Both the position numbers and the translations under genes were made by a program. The notes under the pieces are model-generated. The model did no database searches. It worked only from the letters and a program-made list of their open reading frames with translations, and was not told the DNA's origin. DNA of 64,000 bases from Minisyncoccia bacterium. Its GTDB lineage: Bacteria; Patescibacteriota; Minisyncoccia; Phycocordibacterales; Phycocordibacteraceae. The DNA lies in NCBI GenBank assembly GCA_050011835.1, contig JBEKII010000003.1:39842-103841 (forward strand). Direction: 5' to 3'. Shown piece by piece: positions 1 to 9,590 of this stretch (positions are counted from its first letter, which is position 1; the number at the start of each line of letters is the position of its first letter).

Positions 1-2
1 AT

Positions 3-1091
3 GTCGTGGTGTACAGCGATGCGGTGCCCGAAGATAATCTGGAGCGCGCGCAAGTGCGCGAATTCGGCATCCCACAATTCTCTTATTTTGCGATGCTCGG
101 GAAAGTATCGGAAGGGAAGAAAACAATTGCGGTTGCGGGCACAAAAGGAAAGACGACAACAGTCAGTATGCTTACGAAAATTCTCAAGGATGCGGATGTG
201 TCGCCGACGGCGGTTATCGGTTCTCTGGTGAAGGACTTTGGCTCTAATTATGTACACGGGAACTCGGATTTATTTATCGTTGAAGCATGCGAATATCGCA
301 ATCATCTGCTCGAACTCTCTCCGCATGTGCTCGTAATAACGAATCTTGAATGGGACCATACGGATTGGTTTCCCTCGCTCGTGGCGGTTCAAGAAACATT
401 CAGAAAGGCGGTTATGTGCGTGCCTAAAAACGGCGCCGTCATTACCGACCCGAATAATAAAAATATCGCGCCGCTTCTGTCGGTCGCAAAGGCGCATGTC
501 ATTGACTACACGAAGGAACCCGCCTACACGTTGCGAATGCTGGGCGAATTTAATCAGAGCAATGCGCGTGCGGCTATAGCGGCCGCGCGTGCCGTTCTTC
601 CCTCAATTTCTGATTCTGTAATTTCTAAATCACTCGCAACCTTCCACGGCATCTGGCGTCGATTCGAGTACAAAGGGAAGTCGGGAAACGGCGCTGACGT
701 CTATGACGACTACGCGCATAATCCGATGTCGGTGCGGGCGATACTGAAAGCGCTCCGCGCACAGGTGAAAGGAAAAGTTTTTGTAGCATTCCACCCGCAT
801 CTCTACAGCCGCACGCGTGACCTTCTTGATGAATTCGCGACTGCATTTGTTGATGCCGATAAAGTATTTGTCGCTCCTATCTATGCCGCGCGCGAGAGCG
901 ATGACGGCACGATATCAAGCGAGATGCTCGCCGAGCGCATACGGGCAACCGGTGTTGATGCGACTGCGCTTGATTCATTTGATGCCATTGAGCGTGCGCT
1001 CGGCGCTGTTGAGCGTGGTGATGTCATCATGACCATGGGCGCGGGCGATATTTATAAAGTCGCCGACGCGCTCGTGAGGAGAGGCAAATAA
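3..1091 (+). CDS. murC: UDP-N-acetylmuramate--L-alanine ligase (5' partial)
   Basis: Motifs YSDAV, AVAGTKGKTTT, VEACEY, ITNLEWDHTD, RRFE, DDYAHNP, FHPHLYSRT, MGAGDI; frame is open from the window edge. Confidence 0.93.
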   Translation, partial: VVVYSDAVPEDNLERAQVREFGIPQFSYFAMLGKVSEGKKTIAVAGTKGKTTTVSMLTKILKDADVSPTAVIGSLVKDFGSNYVHGNSDLFIVEACEYRNHLLELSPHVLVITNLEWDHTDWFPSLVAVQETFRKAVMCVPKNGAVITDPNNKNIAPLLSVAKAHVIDYTKEPAYTLRMLGEFNQSNARAAIAAARAVLPSISDSVISKSLATFHGIWRRFEYKGKSGNGADVYDDYAHNPMSVRAILKALRAQVKGKVFVAFHPHLYSRTRDLLDEFATAFVDADKVFVAPIYAARESDDGTISSEMLAERIRATGVDATALDSFDAIERALGAVERGDVIMTMGAGDIYKVADALVRRGK

Positions 1092-1092
1092 A

Positions 1093-1133
1093 AACGACCG
1101 GCCCTGCAGAGTGATCCTGCAGAGTCGGCCGTT
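1093..1133. terminator. Imperfect hairpin between convergent genes, probable bidirectional terminator
   Basis: acgaccggccctgcag-agtgatc-ctgcagagtcggccgt lies between the murC stop and the stop of the - strand gene. Confidence 0.5.
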
Positions 1134-1143
1134 ACCGTAGTGG

Positions 1144-1965
1144 TCAAGAACAACGCTTGATCACGACAAGGTTCTGCTTTTTGTCGCGCATGTCCGCCAT
1201 GGCAGGGTATTTGTCTAGCGGGTATTTTGACCGTACTTTCTCGATGCCGGCTTCATAAGCTTGCTCCTTGAACAAGCTTTCCAAGTCGAGGAACATACTG
1301 CTCTTCCCTCGAGTGATTACCCCGCTTGGCCATTGTTGCTTGATAAATTTATGGAGTGTCTGATTATACATCCCCATTCCCTTCTCATCGAATCGATATT
1401 CGAGTGTCTCAGCCGGTGTTGAGAACATCATACACATCTCGATATCTCTAATGCCTCGTTTTAAGAATTCCTCGATAATTGAATGGATAATGGTCACGTG
1501 TTGCCGACGGGTCTGTCCACTCACAACCATGTTGTAATCAATTAAGCTGTGTAATCCAGCACCGGCGATGACTACACATCCACCGCCAGCCGCGATGATG
1601 ACAGGGTCGGTTCCACTTATTGCGCACGCATCGCCGTTCGGAATAATTATTCCATCCGCCAGAACGGAATTGTCTCGGTAAAGAAAAGCATTCTCACCGA
1701 GCCGAATTCGTTTTTTCAGAGCTTCTGCCTCTGTGATGTTTGTACTGGATGCCGCGACATTTGGTGCGTATGCTTTACGTACTTTCATGCGATGGAGCGC
1801 GGTATACAGGCCTGCAATGAGAGGACCTTGGCCGCAAGCATCTTTTTGTTCCTGAAGCATCCACAAAGACCAGCTCAAAAGTCCGAAACCTCGAGCATCG
1901 TTCGGACACATTACCCCAACGGCAATATTATGTTCCCCAACAGAAACTTTGTCCAATCGGTACAT
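1144..1965 (-). CDS. Divergent YfiH/PgeF (laccase-domain/purine nucleoside phosphorylase)-like protein, catalytic motifs degenerate
   Basis: LADGIII...AISGTDPVII...VVIAGAG and FLDLESLFKEQAYEAGI parallel the YfiH motifs ADxxxT...ADCxPV...HAGW and DLxxxxxxQLxxAG; SD AAGGAG upstream. Confidence 0.55.
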   Translation of the reverse strand: MYRLDKVSVGEHNIAVGVMCPNDARGFGLLSWSLWMLQEQKDACGQGPLIAGLYTALHRMKVRKAYAPNVAASSTNITEAEALKKRIRLGENAFLYRDNSVLADGIIIPNGDACAISGTDPVIIAAGGGCVVIAGAGLHSLIDYNMVVSGQTRRQHVTIIHSIIEEFLKRGIRDIEMCMMFSTPAETLEYRFDEKGMGMYNQTLHKFIKQQWPSGVITRGKSSMFLDLESLFKEQAYEAGIEKVRSKYPLDKYPAMADMRDKKQNLVVIKRCS

Positions 1966-2011
1966 TCTTTCTCCTTTCTTGTCTTTGATTTGTACAACTA
2001 GTCCGCTAACG

Positions 2012-2039
2012 ATTCTAGCGTATTAGCAAAACAAGTCAA
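2012..2039 (-). promoter_or_regulatory. sigma70 promoter of the YfiH-like gene
   Basis: On the - strand: TTGACT-16 nt-TAGAAT, followed by AAGGAG before the ATG. Confidence 0.6.
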
Positions 2040-2075
2040 CATGGTGTGAAAAGGTAAGTGCGATAAAGTGTGGAT

Positions 2076-2747
2076 ATGGGAAAACTTTCAATCGTCGCGA
2101 CGCCGATAGGGAATCTGGAGGATATAACGTTGCGCGCGTTACGCACGCTAAAAGAATGCGGTGTCATCTATGCCGAGGATACACGTGTCATTTCTAAATT
2201 GCTTGCGCGATATGACATAAAGAAATCACTGCAACGGATTGACGCAGTAACAGAATTGAAAAAAGCAGATGAGATAGCCGCTCGGCTTGAAACGGGAGAA
2301 CATGTCGCGTTTGTGAGCGATGCAGGTACGCCTGGTATTTCCGACCCCGGTGCGCGGCTCGTGGCGCGTGTGCGCGAGCGATTGCCCAATGTAAAAATTG
2401 AAGCGATACCCGGGCCTTCTGCACTTGCCGCGGCGCTTTCTATTGCAGGCATAACCGCCGATGCATTTACTTTTGTTGGATTTCTACCGCACAAAAAGGG
2501 AAGACAAACGGCGTTGAAAAGGGTCTTGGAAAGCGAAATCCCCGTCATACTCTACGAATCGCCGCATCGCATAGTGAAATTACTCAAAGAACTTGAAGCG
2601 CTTCAAGTACCGCGTGTTGTTGTTGCGCGCGAGCTCACGAAAATCCATGAAGAAGTGGTTTCGGGAAGCGCGAAAGAAATGCAGGCATATTTCGCCATGC
2701 ATCCCGAGGCGGTGCGCGGCGAATTTGTTGTCATTGTTGCGCCCTGA
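2076..2747 (+). CDS. rsmI: 16S rRNA (cytidine1402-2'-O)-methyltransferase
   Basis: VATPIGNLEDIT, AEDTR, SDAGTPGISDPG, IPGPSA, YESPHR, ARELTKIHEE. Confidence 0.96.
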   Translation: MGKLSIVATPIGNLEDITLRALRTLKECGVIYAEDTRVISKLLARYDIKKSLQRIDAVTELKKADEIAARLETGEHVAFVSDAGTPGISDPGARLVARVRERLPNVKIEAIPGPSALAAALSIAGITADAFTFVGFLPHKKGRQTALKRVLESEIPVILYESPHRIVKLLKELEALQVPRVVVARELTKIHEEVVSGSAKEMQAYFAMHPEAVRGEFVVIVAP

Positions 2748-2759
2748 TATACTTGACCC

Positions 2760-2915
2760 ATGTCTCGCGCCAGCTCTCTTATTCTTTTAGGCATTTTAGT
2801 CATTCTTGCGCCTTTCTCCGGCCTTCCAATAGCGTTACGCTCATTACTTGCAGTCATTTTTGGCGCATGTGTGCTTGGCCTTGGTCTTTCCATGCGCGCT
2901 CATCATAAAGAGTAA
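2760..2915 (+). CDS. Small two-TM membrane protein, 51 aa (below the ORF-track cutoff)
   Basis: MSRASSLILLGILVILAPFSGLPIALRSLLAVIFGACVLGLGLSMRAHHKE*; fills the gap exactly; extended -10 TGATATACT lies 6 nt upstream. Confidence 0.75.
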   Translation: MSRASSLILLGILVILAPFSGLPIALRSLLAVIFGACVLGLGLSMRAHHKE

Positions 2916-2934
2916 GATTTTGTTATACTAAAGC

Positions 2935-4674
2935 GTGATGGAAAATCCCGAGCGCGTGACGTACTTCGCGGCAACTGACAGCCGCGGGAAGTTTGTTCCT
3001 TTCGGCATCAAAGCGAAGGATCGCGACCGCCATATGTACGTTATCGGCAAAACCGGTATGGGCAAGTCAACCTTGCTGGAGAACATGGCGATTCAAGACC
3101 TTCGCAATGGTGAAGGATTCGCCTTCATTGATCCGCACGGAGGAACGGTTGACCGATTACTTGATTATATTCCCGAAAATCGCGTGAAGGATGTCGTCTA
3201 CTTCGCACCGTTTGATATGGAACATCCCATCGCGTTTAACGTGATGGAAGATGTTGGCTATGACAGGCGTCATCTCGTGGTGAGCGGTCTCATGGCGACT
3301 TTCAAGAAGATATGGGAGGACGCATGGAGCGCACGTATGGAATACATCCTCACGAATACGCTTCTCGCGCTCCTGGAATATCCGGATGCGACTTTGCTCG
3401 GTGTGAATCGCATGTATACCGATAAAGAATACCGGCGAAAGGTTGTTGATAATGTGAAAGATCCAGTTGTAAGAGATTTTTGGACAAAAGAATTCGCCAT
3501 TTATACCGACCGCTATACCCAGGAAGCGACTCCCGCCATTCAGAACAAGGTCGGCCAATTTACCGGCAATCCGCTTATCAGGAATATCATCGGTCAATCG
3601 AAATCTTCGTTTGATATTCGCACGATGATGGACGAAAAAAAAATTCTCATCATTAATCTTTCTAAAGGTCTCGTGGGAGAAACCAACATGCGTCTTTTAG
3701 GTTCTATGCTTACCACACGCATTTTCCTTTCTGCGATGAGTCGCGCGAACGTGCCCGCAGAAGGACTCGCGAAGCTTCCTAACTTTTATTTCTATGTTGA
3801 TGAATTCCAGAATTTTGCGAACGAGACGTTCGCAGAAATTCTTTCCGAGGCGCGCAAATACAAATTGAATCTAGTTATTGCGCATCAGTACATAGAGCAA
3901 ATGGAAGAAGAAGTGCGTGATGCTGTTTTCGGCAATGTCGGTACGACCGTTGTCTTCCGCGTTGGACCTTTTGATGCCGAAGTATTGGAAACTATCTTTA
4001 TGCCGAAATTTACAAAGGAGGATTTGGTAACACTTGATCGCCGGCAGGTCTATCTCACGCTCATGATAGACGGAGTCGGGTCAGCGCCATTTTCCGCGAT
4101 TACTATCCCGCCAATAGAAGCGCCGCCGACATCCTATCGCGGGCAAGTTGTCACTTCTTCGCGTGCGCAATTTACCGCGCCGCGTGCGGAAATAGAGAAC
4201 GCCATTATGAAAGAATTCGCGGCAAGTCTCGCGTCCGCTGTTCCTTCGGACGCGCGTGCGAAGCGTCGTCCAATGGCCATCCCGCAAGATAAAAATACGC
4301 AGCCACCGAACGTCTCGCAAAGATCTTCGAACCTACCTGCCTCTAACGGAGCCAGGCCATTCGTTCATCGTTCACCGACTGCGCCTCCAGTTACGTCAGC
4401 TAAAAGTGCAGATGATTTGAAGTCAATCTTGCGCACTGTGGTCACAAAGACTGGAGCAGAAAAAGAAGAGAAACAATTGCAGAACAAGCAGTCGCTCAAA
4501 GAAACTCTCGCGAACGTGTTAGCACGAAGCGGACAACCAATAATAAACAATGAATTGCCAAAGCAGCCGGAGCGCTCTGCAGCAACGACTCCACCGCAGG
4601 AACCACCGCAGAAAAAGCAACCCTTTGAAGTTCCTGAAAATGCGCTCCAGAAGGTACTGAAGGGCGAAACCTAA
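2935..4674 (+). CDS. TraD/TrwB/VirB4-like (FtsK-HerA superfamily) ATPase, type IV secretion coupling-protein-like
   Basis: Walker A GKTGMGKS, IDPHG, Walker B FYVDEFQNF, SEARKY, AHQY; low-complexity C-terminal tail. Confidence 0.85.
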   Translation: MMENPERVTYFAATDSRGKFVPFGIKAKDRDRHMYVIGKTGMGKSTLLENMAIQDLRNGEGFAFIDPHGGTVDRLLDYIPENRVKDVVYFAPFDMEHPIAFNVMEDVGYDRRHLVVSGLMATFKKIWEDAWSARMEYILTNTLLALLEYPDATLLGVNRMYTDKEYRRKVVDNVKDPVVRDFWTKEFAIYTDRYTQEATPAIQNKVGQFTGNPLIRNIIGQSKSSFDIRTMMDEKKILIINLSKGLVGETNMRLLGSMLTTRIFLSAMSRANVPAEGLAKLPNFYFYVDEFQNFANETFAEILSEARKYKLNLVIAHQYIEQMEEEVRDAVFGNVGTTVVFRVGPFDAEVLETIFMPKFTKEDLVTLDRRQVYLTLMIDGVGSAPFSAITIPPIEAPPTSYRGQVVTSSRAQFTAPRAEIENAIMKEFAASLASAVPSDARAKRRPMAIPQDKNTQPPNVSQRSSNLPASNGARPFVHRSPTAPPVTSAKSADDLKSILRTVVTKTGAEKEEKQLQNKQSLKETLANVLARSGQPIINNELPKQPERSAATTPPQEPPQKKQPFEVPENALQKVLKGET

Positions 4675-4695
4675 TATTATTTAACTACACCTTAT

Positions 4696-5109
4696 ATGCA
4701 CATGCGCCAGCGCTTCTGTTTTTGTACGCTCGCGCTGTTGGAAGCGGATACGGAGATCCTCGCCGGTCACACCTTTCCTTTCCCTTCGCAAGTGATTGAA
4801 CTCCCTATCGCGAGTTCTGCGCCTCTTCTTTATTCAGTAGGAGAAATGACCGCAGCATATCAACCTGTCTCCGACGCGAAACTTTCTACGTCTGGTATGA
4901 GTACTAATGCAGTGCAGGTGGTCGAACCGATTATCAACTCAACGACAAATCCGCACACCAATGAAGAAGCAGTAAGCGCCCCCGCAGCGACGATAGGACT
5001 CGCCGCTGCGGGGGCGGCATTGCCTCCTTTGTCGCTTGTTAAATCTCCATGAACTCTCGATTTTCTCGATGTCGTGCTCCTCTCGGGTGGGGCATTCATT
5101 CTTCTCTAA
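4696..5109 (+). pseudogene. Remnant of a C-terminally membrane-anchored surface protein with an in-frame TGA at 5050-5052
   Basis: Frame continues past the TGA as TLDFLDVVLLSGGAFILL*, a decayed TM anchor; Ser/Thr/Ala-rich linker; 5' part looks scrambled. Confidence 0.5.
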
Positions 5110-5119
5110 TACTGATGGC

Positions 5120-6265
5120 ATGACGAAGCGTATCCTTATATTTTCGCTCGCTTATTATCCGCATGTTGGCGGCGCGGAAGTTGCGCTGAAAGAAATCACT
5201 GACCGTATTCGGGATATTGAGTTCCATATGCTTACGCTGAATTTCGGCGGTGAAGCGATGGAAGAAAAAATTGGAAATGTTTTTGTACATCGAATAGGAA
5301 ACGGCTCGTCCTATGTCCAAAAGATACTCTTCATACCGCGCGCCGCTTTTGAAGCGGCGCGCCTGCACCACACGCGTCCTTTTGATGCGTTCTGGGCAAT
5401 GATGTCGTATATGATGTTCCCCATTGTGCTACTTCGGGCACATGGGATTCGCGTACCTTATCTACTTACATTACAGGAAGGCGATCCATGGGAACATATG
5501 TTTAATCGTTGGTTCATTCTTCCATTTCGTCCGCTCCTTGTCGCGGGATTCAAACACGCCGCGGCAGTGCAGGCGATTTCGCATCATCTTCTTTTATGGA
5601 CAAGACGTATGGGTTTTCAAGGTATGGGAATCGTTATTCCCAACGGCGTTAACACAAAACATTTTGCGAATGCCAATGCAATTATTCTTGGTAAAGGAGA
5701 AGACGAGACATTGCTCATTCACACTGGCCGACTGGTGCATAAAAACGCGCTTGACACCGTTATTCGCGCATTAGCGCTTCTTCCCGAACGTGTGCATTTT
5801 TTCATGATTGGCGAAGGTCCCGACAAAAATGCGCTCGCAGAGCTTTCGCGCATACTTAATGTTTCGAAACGCGTCCATTTTCATTCATTCGTGCCGAACG
5901 AAGATCTGCCGAATTATTTAAAAGCATGTGAAATCTTTATTCGTCCTTCGCGGTCCGAAGGTATGGGCAATTCCTTTATTGAAGCGATGGCGGCAGGGTT
6001 ACCTGTCATCGCGACACAAGAAGGCGGCATCGCGGATTTCCTCTTTGACGCGAAGAGAAATCCTGATAAGGAAACGACGGGCTGGGCGGTTGACAAGGAT
6101 TCACCCAAGCAAATTGCCGAAGCGGTAAACAATATTCTCGCGCATCCTGAACAGGTCGTGCGCGTAACGGCGACGGCAAAAAAGATGGTTGTTGAGAATT
6201 ATGACTGGGACGGCATCGCCGACAAGATGAAAATGCTCTTCGACCGATTGTTCGAGAACCGTTAG
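5120..6265 (+). CDS. Glycosyltransferase family 4
   Basis: YYPHVGGAE, IPNGV, GRLVHKN, PSRSEGMGNSFIEAMAAGLPVI. Confidence 0.93.
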   Translation: MTKRILIFSLAYYPHVGGAEVALKEITDRIRDIEFHMLTLNFGGEAMEEKIGNVFVHRIGNGSSYVQKILFIPRAAFEAARLHHTRPFDAFWAMMSYMMFPIVLLRAHGIRVPYLLTLQEGDPWEHMFNRWFILPFRPLLVAGFKHAAAVQAISHHLLLWTRRMGFQGMGIVIPNGVNTKHFANANAIILGKGEDETLLIHTGRLVHKNALDTVIRALALLPERVHFFMIGEGPDKNALAELSRILNVSKRVHFHSFVPNEDLPNYLKACEIFIRPSRSEGMGNSFIEAMAAGLPVIATQEGGIADFLFDAKRNPDKETTGWAVDKDSPKQIAEAVNNILAHPEQVVRVTATAKKMVVENYDWDGIADKMKMLFDRLFENR

Positions 6266-6274
6266 AATATACCC

Positions 6275-7393
6275 ATGAGAATCGTTGTCGCGACGCCCTT
6301 GTATCCGCCGGAAATCGGTGGTCCGGCGACGTATGCAAAAATTCTTTTTGAGGGATTGTCGGGGAAGGCCATAGAAGTTGAGTTGGTGAAGTTTGGCGAT
6401 ATTCGGCATCTACCGAAATTCATACGGCATATTGCTTATGCCCGGCGTGTATATCGTGCCTTGCATAACGCTGACCTCGTGCTTGCGCTTGACCCGGTAT
6501 CTGTTGGCTTGCCGGCTTGTTTTGCCGCATGGCTGGCTAAAAAACCATTTGTCGTGAAGATTGTGGGTGACTATGCATGGGAACAGGGGCGCCAGCGATT
6601 CGGCATTACGCAGAATCTTGATGAGTTCGTGAAAATAAAAAATGTGCCATTTTTTGTGCGCGTATTTCGGCACATCCAAACACGCGTGGCACTTCGCGCC
6701 GCGCGCGTTATCGTTCCGAGTAATTATCTGAAAAGTATTGTTGTTACATGGGGCGTCCCTGCCGACAAAATTCAAGTTATCTATAACGCCGTGCCTATTG
6801 AAGAACTCGGGAATGTTCCCGAATCCGTTAAGAAATTATCGCGGCCGCTGATTGTTACGGCGGGGCGGTTGGTGCCGTGGAAAAATATGGAGGGTGTAAT
6901 TGATGCTGTCGCGATGCTTCGCAAAAAAGGAAACGCCGCGACACTCGTGCTCATTGGCGAAGGCCCGCTCTATGGAAAACTTTCTGCGCGTGCATCTGAA
7001 AATCTAAAAGAAGCATGTGTCATGACGGGTATACTCACGCATCCGGACATGCTCGCAACGGTGAAAGTCGGGGATGTATTTGTGCTCAATTCTTCGTACG
7101 AAGGTCTTTCTCATCACTTGATTGAGGCGCTTGCGCTTGGCAAGCCGATTATTGCGACACGTGTTGGCGGAAATCCCGAAGTCATTGCCGACGGTGAAAA
7201 TGGTCTTCTGATACCCGTTGGCGATATGCCCGCGCTTGTGGACGCGCTCGCGCGCCTGCTCGATGGCGGGGAGTTCCGCGCGCGCCTGCAGACGGCGGCA
7301 GGTGAATCTTCCAAGCGCTTTTCAGCTGAAACAATGCTTTTGCGGACATCCGATTTCCTCAAGGCATTGGACATCCGATGTCCTAACCCATGA
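6275..7393 (+). CDS. Glycosyltransferase family 4
   Basis: YPPEIGGPA, GRLVPWK, SSYEGLSHHLIEALALGKPII. Confidence 0.93.
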   Translation: MRIVVATPLYPPEIGGPATYAKILFEGLSGKAIEVELVKFGDIRHLPKFIRHIAYARRVYRALHNADLVLALDPVSVGLPACFAAWLAKKPFVVKIVGDYAWEQGRQRFGITQNLDEFVKIKNVPFFVRVFRHIQTRVALRAARVIVPSNYLKSIVVTWGVPADKIQVIYNAVPIEELGNVPESVKKLSRPLIVTAGRLVPWKNMEGVIDAVAMLRKKGNAATLVLIGEGPLYGKLSARASENLKEACVMTGILTHPDMLATVKVGDVFVLNSSYEGLSHHLIEALALGKPIIATRVGGNPEVIADGENGLLIPVGDMPALVDALARLLDGGEFRARLQTAAGESSKRFSAETMLLRTSDFLKALDIRCPNP

Positions 7394-8508
7394 AAGTCCT
7401 TTTCATATCCAATGACCCGAATATCTTTGACGCGGCGAGCGCCGTACGCATGCGTATGCGCACGTATGCCGCAGCGCTGAGGGAATTGCACATTCTTTCT
7501 CATGCGAATCGGGACGCGCATGAAGAAAAAGAAGAAAACCTCTTTCTGCATCCCGTGCACACGTCAAAATTATTCAGAACGCGCGCGCTCTCCGCGCGTG
7601 CGCATGCACTTGTCCTCGAGAACGCCATAGACATTGTCTCCGCGCAGGACCCTTTTGAGCATGGGCTCGCCGCTTTGCGCGCGATACGCGGCACGCCTGC
7701 GAAACTGCATGTGCAGGTGCATACCGACTTCCTTTCTCCATGGTTCGTGAACTGCGGCGTACGCATGTCTCTTCTGAATCGCTATCGTCGTCGCCTCGCT
7801 GACCGCGTTTTGCCCGCGGCGGCGGGGATTCGTGTCGTCTCGCAGCGGATAAAGGACTCGCTGATTGCGCGATACCATTTGCGCATTCCCAAACCGTCGG
7901 TCATCCCGATAGCCGTGAGCGGGACGCTGCCTTCTCCCGTGCCTTTGCCCGCGCATTCGTTCACGTTCACGCTTATCGCGGTCGGCCGATTGGAACCCGA
8001 GAAACGCGTTGAAGATATTTTTATCGCGCTCAAGCATATCGCCAAACAATATTCGATGGTCGGCCTTTTCGTCGTCGGAGAAGGTCGTTCGGGTGCGCGG
8101 CTCAAGCAAACGGCGCATTCCCTCGGGCTCGCGGATAGAATTATATTTCTCGGCGACCGCTCTGACGCGTGGGGATTGATGCGAAGCGCGCAGGCATTTA
8201 TTCAAGCGAGCGCGTATGAGGGCTACGGCCGCACGCTTGTTGAAGCGGCGCTCGCCCGCGTGCCGATTATCACCACCGATGTCGGTATTGTCGGCGATGT
8301 GTTCAAGAGTTATGAAGATGTCCTCTCCTCGCCCGTTGGCGACCCGATGGCGCTTGCGCGCAACATCACCAAATGCATTGAGGATGCCATGATGCGGTAT
8401 AAACTGCCGATGCATGCCGAGACCGTGGCGCGCGCACATCTCGCATCACAAGGGAATTTTGCAGAGCGCATACGGGACGATCTTATGCGTACATTTCAGA
8501 GCGTATGA
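7390..8508 (+). CDS. Glycosyltransferase family 4
   Basis: GRLEPEK, SAYEGYGRTLVEAALARVPII; ATGA overlap with the previous gene. Confidence 0.92.
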   Translation: MKVLFISNDPNIFDAASAVRMRMRTYAAALRELHILSHANRDAHEEKEENLFLHPVHTSKLFRTRALSARAHALVLENAIDIVSAQDPFEHGLAALRAIRGTPAKLHVQVHTDFLSPWFVNCGVRMSLLNRYRRRLADRVLPAAAGIRVVSQRIKDSLIARYHLRIPKPSVIPIAVSGTLPSPVPLPAHSFTFTLIAVGRLEPEKRVEDIFIALKHIAKQYSMVGLFVVGEGRSGARLKQTAHSLGLADRIIFLGDRSDAWGLMRSAQAFIQASAYEGYGRTLVEAALARVPIITTDVGIVGDVFKSYEDVLSSPVGDPMALARNITKCIEDAMMRYKLPMHAETVARAHLASQGNFAERIRDDLMRTFQSV

Positions 8509-9590
8509 CAAAACAAGTTATCGTTTGCTTTTTTGGATACGACGAACGTGATGAGAGCGGGCGGACGTGGGCGATACGGACTGGATTGGCGGAAAATGAC
8601 GTTACGGTAAAGCCCTGCCGAACGCTCGTCGACGGATTTTTTGCGAAATATCATGACTTGTACCAAAAATGGAAAGGTATCACCGGAAATATTGATGCAC
8701 TCTATGTGATTTTTATGGGCTATTATCTCATGCCGCTTGCGTGGTGTCTCGCGCGCCGGCGGGGAATTCCCGTAATCCTCGACACGCTCATATCGCAATA
8801 CGATACCGAAGTCACTGACCGAAAACGTATATCTCGTTTCAGTCCGCATGCGTGGTTTTTATGGGGAGTCGACTGGGTATCCTGTGCCGTAGCCGATGCG
8901 ATAGTTGTCGACACGCACGAACATAAAAAATTTTTTACTGAAAAATTTTTCGTTAATGCGAAAAAAATACTCGTTGTTCCCGTCGGATGCCGTTCCGATC
9001 TTTTTATACCGCTTCCTCATTTGAGGGAATCGGAAGGTTATTTTATTGTTGAATTTCATGGGTCGTTTATTCCGTTGCATGGCATCGAGTACATCATGGA
9101 AGCGGCAAAAATCCTGCAGGAGAAGCACGAAAAGGTTCATTTCAAGATCGTCGGCATGGGGCAATTGTTCGTTGCAATTACATCAATGGCCCAGAAGCTT
9201 CGACTATTCAATGTTGAATTTCTCGGCAGGGAACCGCTCAAAGAGCTCCCTTATTCCATTGCTCGCGGCGATGTGAGCCTCGGCATATTCGGGGCGACTC
9301 CCAAAGCCCTGCGCGTTATTCCGAATAAAGTCTATGAGTCTCTCAGTTGTGGAAAACCGGTGATTACCGAGCGATCGCCGGCGGCGCTTGAAGTACTGCA
9401 CGATTACGAAGGGGTATGTATGGTGGAGCCGGGTAATGGCGTTGCTCTCGCGGAAAAAATTCTTGAACTGAAATGCGATGTAGTCCTACGCACCCAGCTT
9501 AGTGAACGCGCCCGCGCAATTTCATTGAATCAGTTTTCTCCACGCGCGATCGCGAAGCCTCTGGTAGACTGGCTCAAATCACACGCATGA
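8505..9590 (+). CDS. Glycosyltransferase family 4
   Basis: FHGSFIPLHG, PNKVYESLSCGKPVIT. Confidence 0.9.
   Translation: MTKQVIVCFFGYDERDESGRTWAIRTGLAENDVTVKPCRTLVDGFFAKYHDLYQKWKGITGNIDALYVIFMGYYLMPLAWCLARRRGIPVILDTLISQYDTEVTDRKRISRFSPHAWFLWGVDWVSCAVADAIVVDTHEHKKFFTEKFFVNAKKILVVPVGCRSDLFIPLPHLRESEGYFIVEFHGSFIPLHGIEYIMEAAKILQEKHEKVHFKIVGMGQLFVAITSMAQKLRLFNVEFLGREPLKELPYSIARGDVSLGIFGATPKALRVIPNKVYESLSCGKPVITERSPAALEVLHDYEGVCMVEPGNGVALAEKILELKCDVVLRTQLSERARAISLNQFSPRAIAKPLVDWLKSHA

Noticed and set aside
5050-5052. TGA recoding (genetic code 25 or 4)
   Set aside because: Many intact genes end in TGA with ATGA overlaps, and conserved genes are uninterrupted under code 11
7570-8439. Long antisense or alternate-frame ORFs (also 16267-16902, 18025-18666, 48287-48982, 50974-51699, 62656-63213)
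   Set aside because: Shadows of well-supported genes on the other strand, with no recognisable motifs
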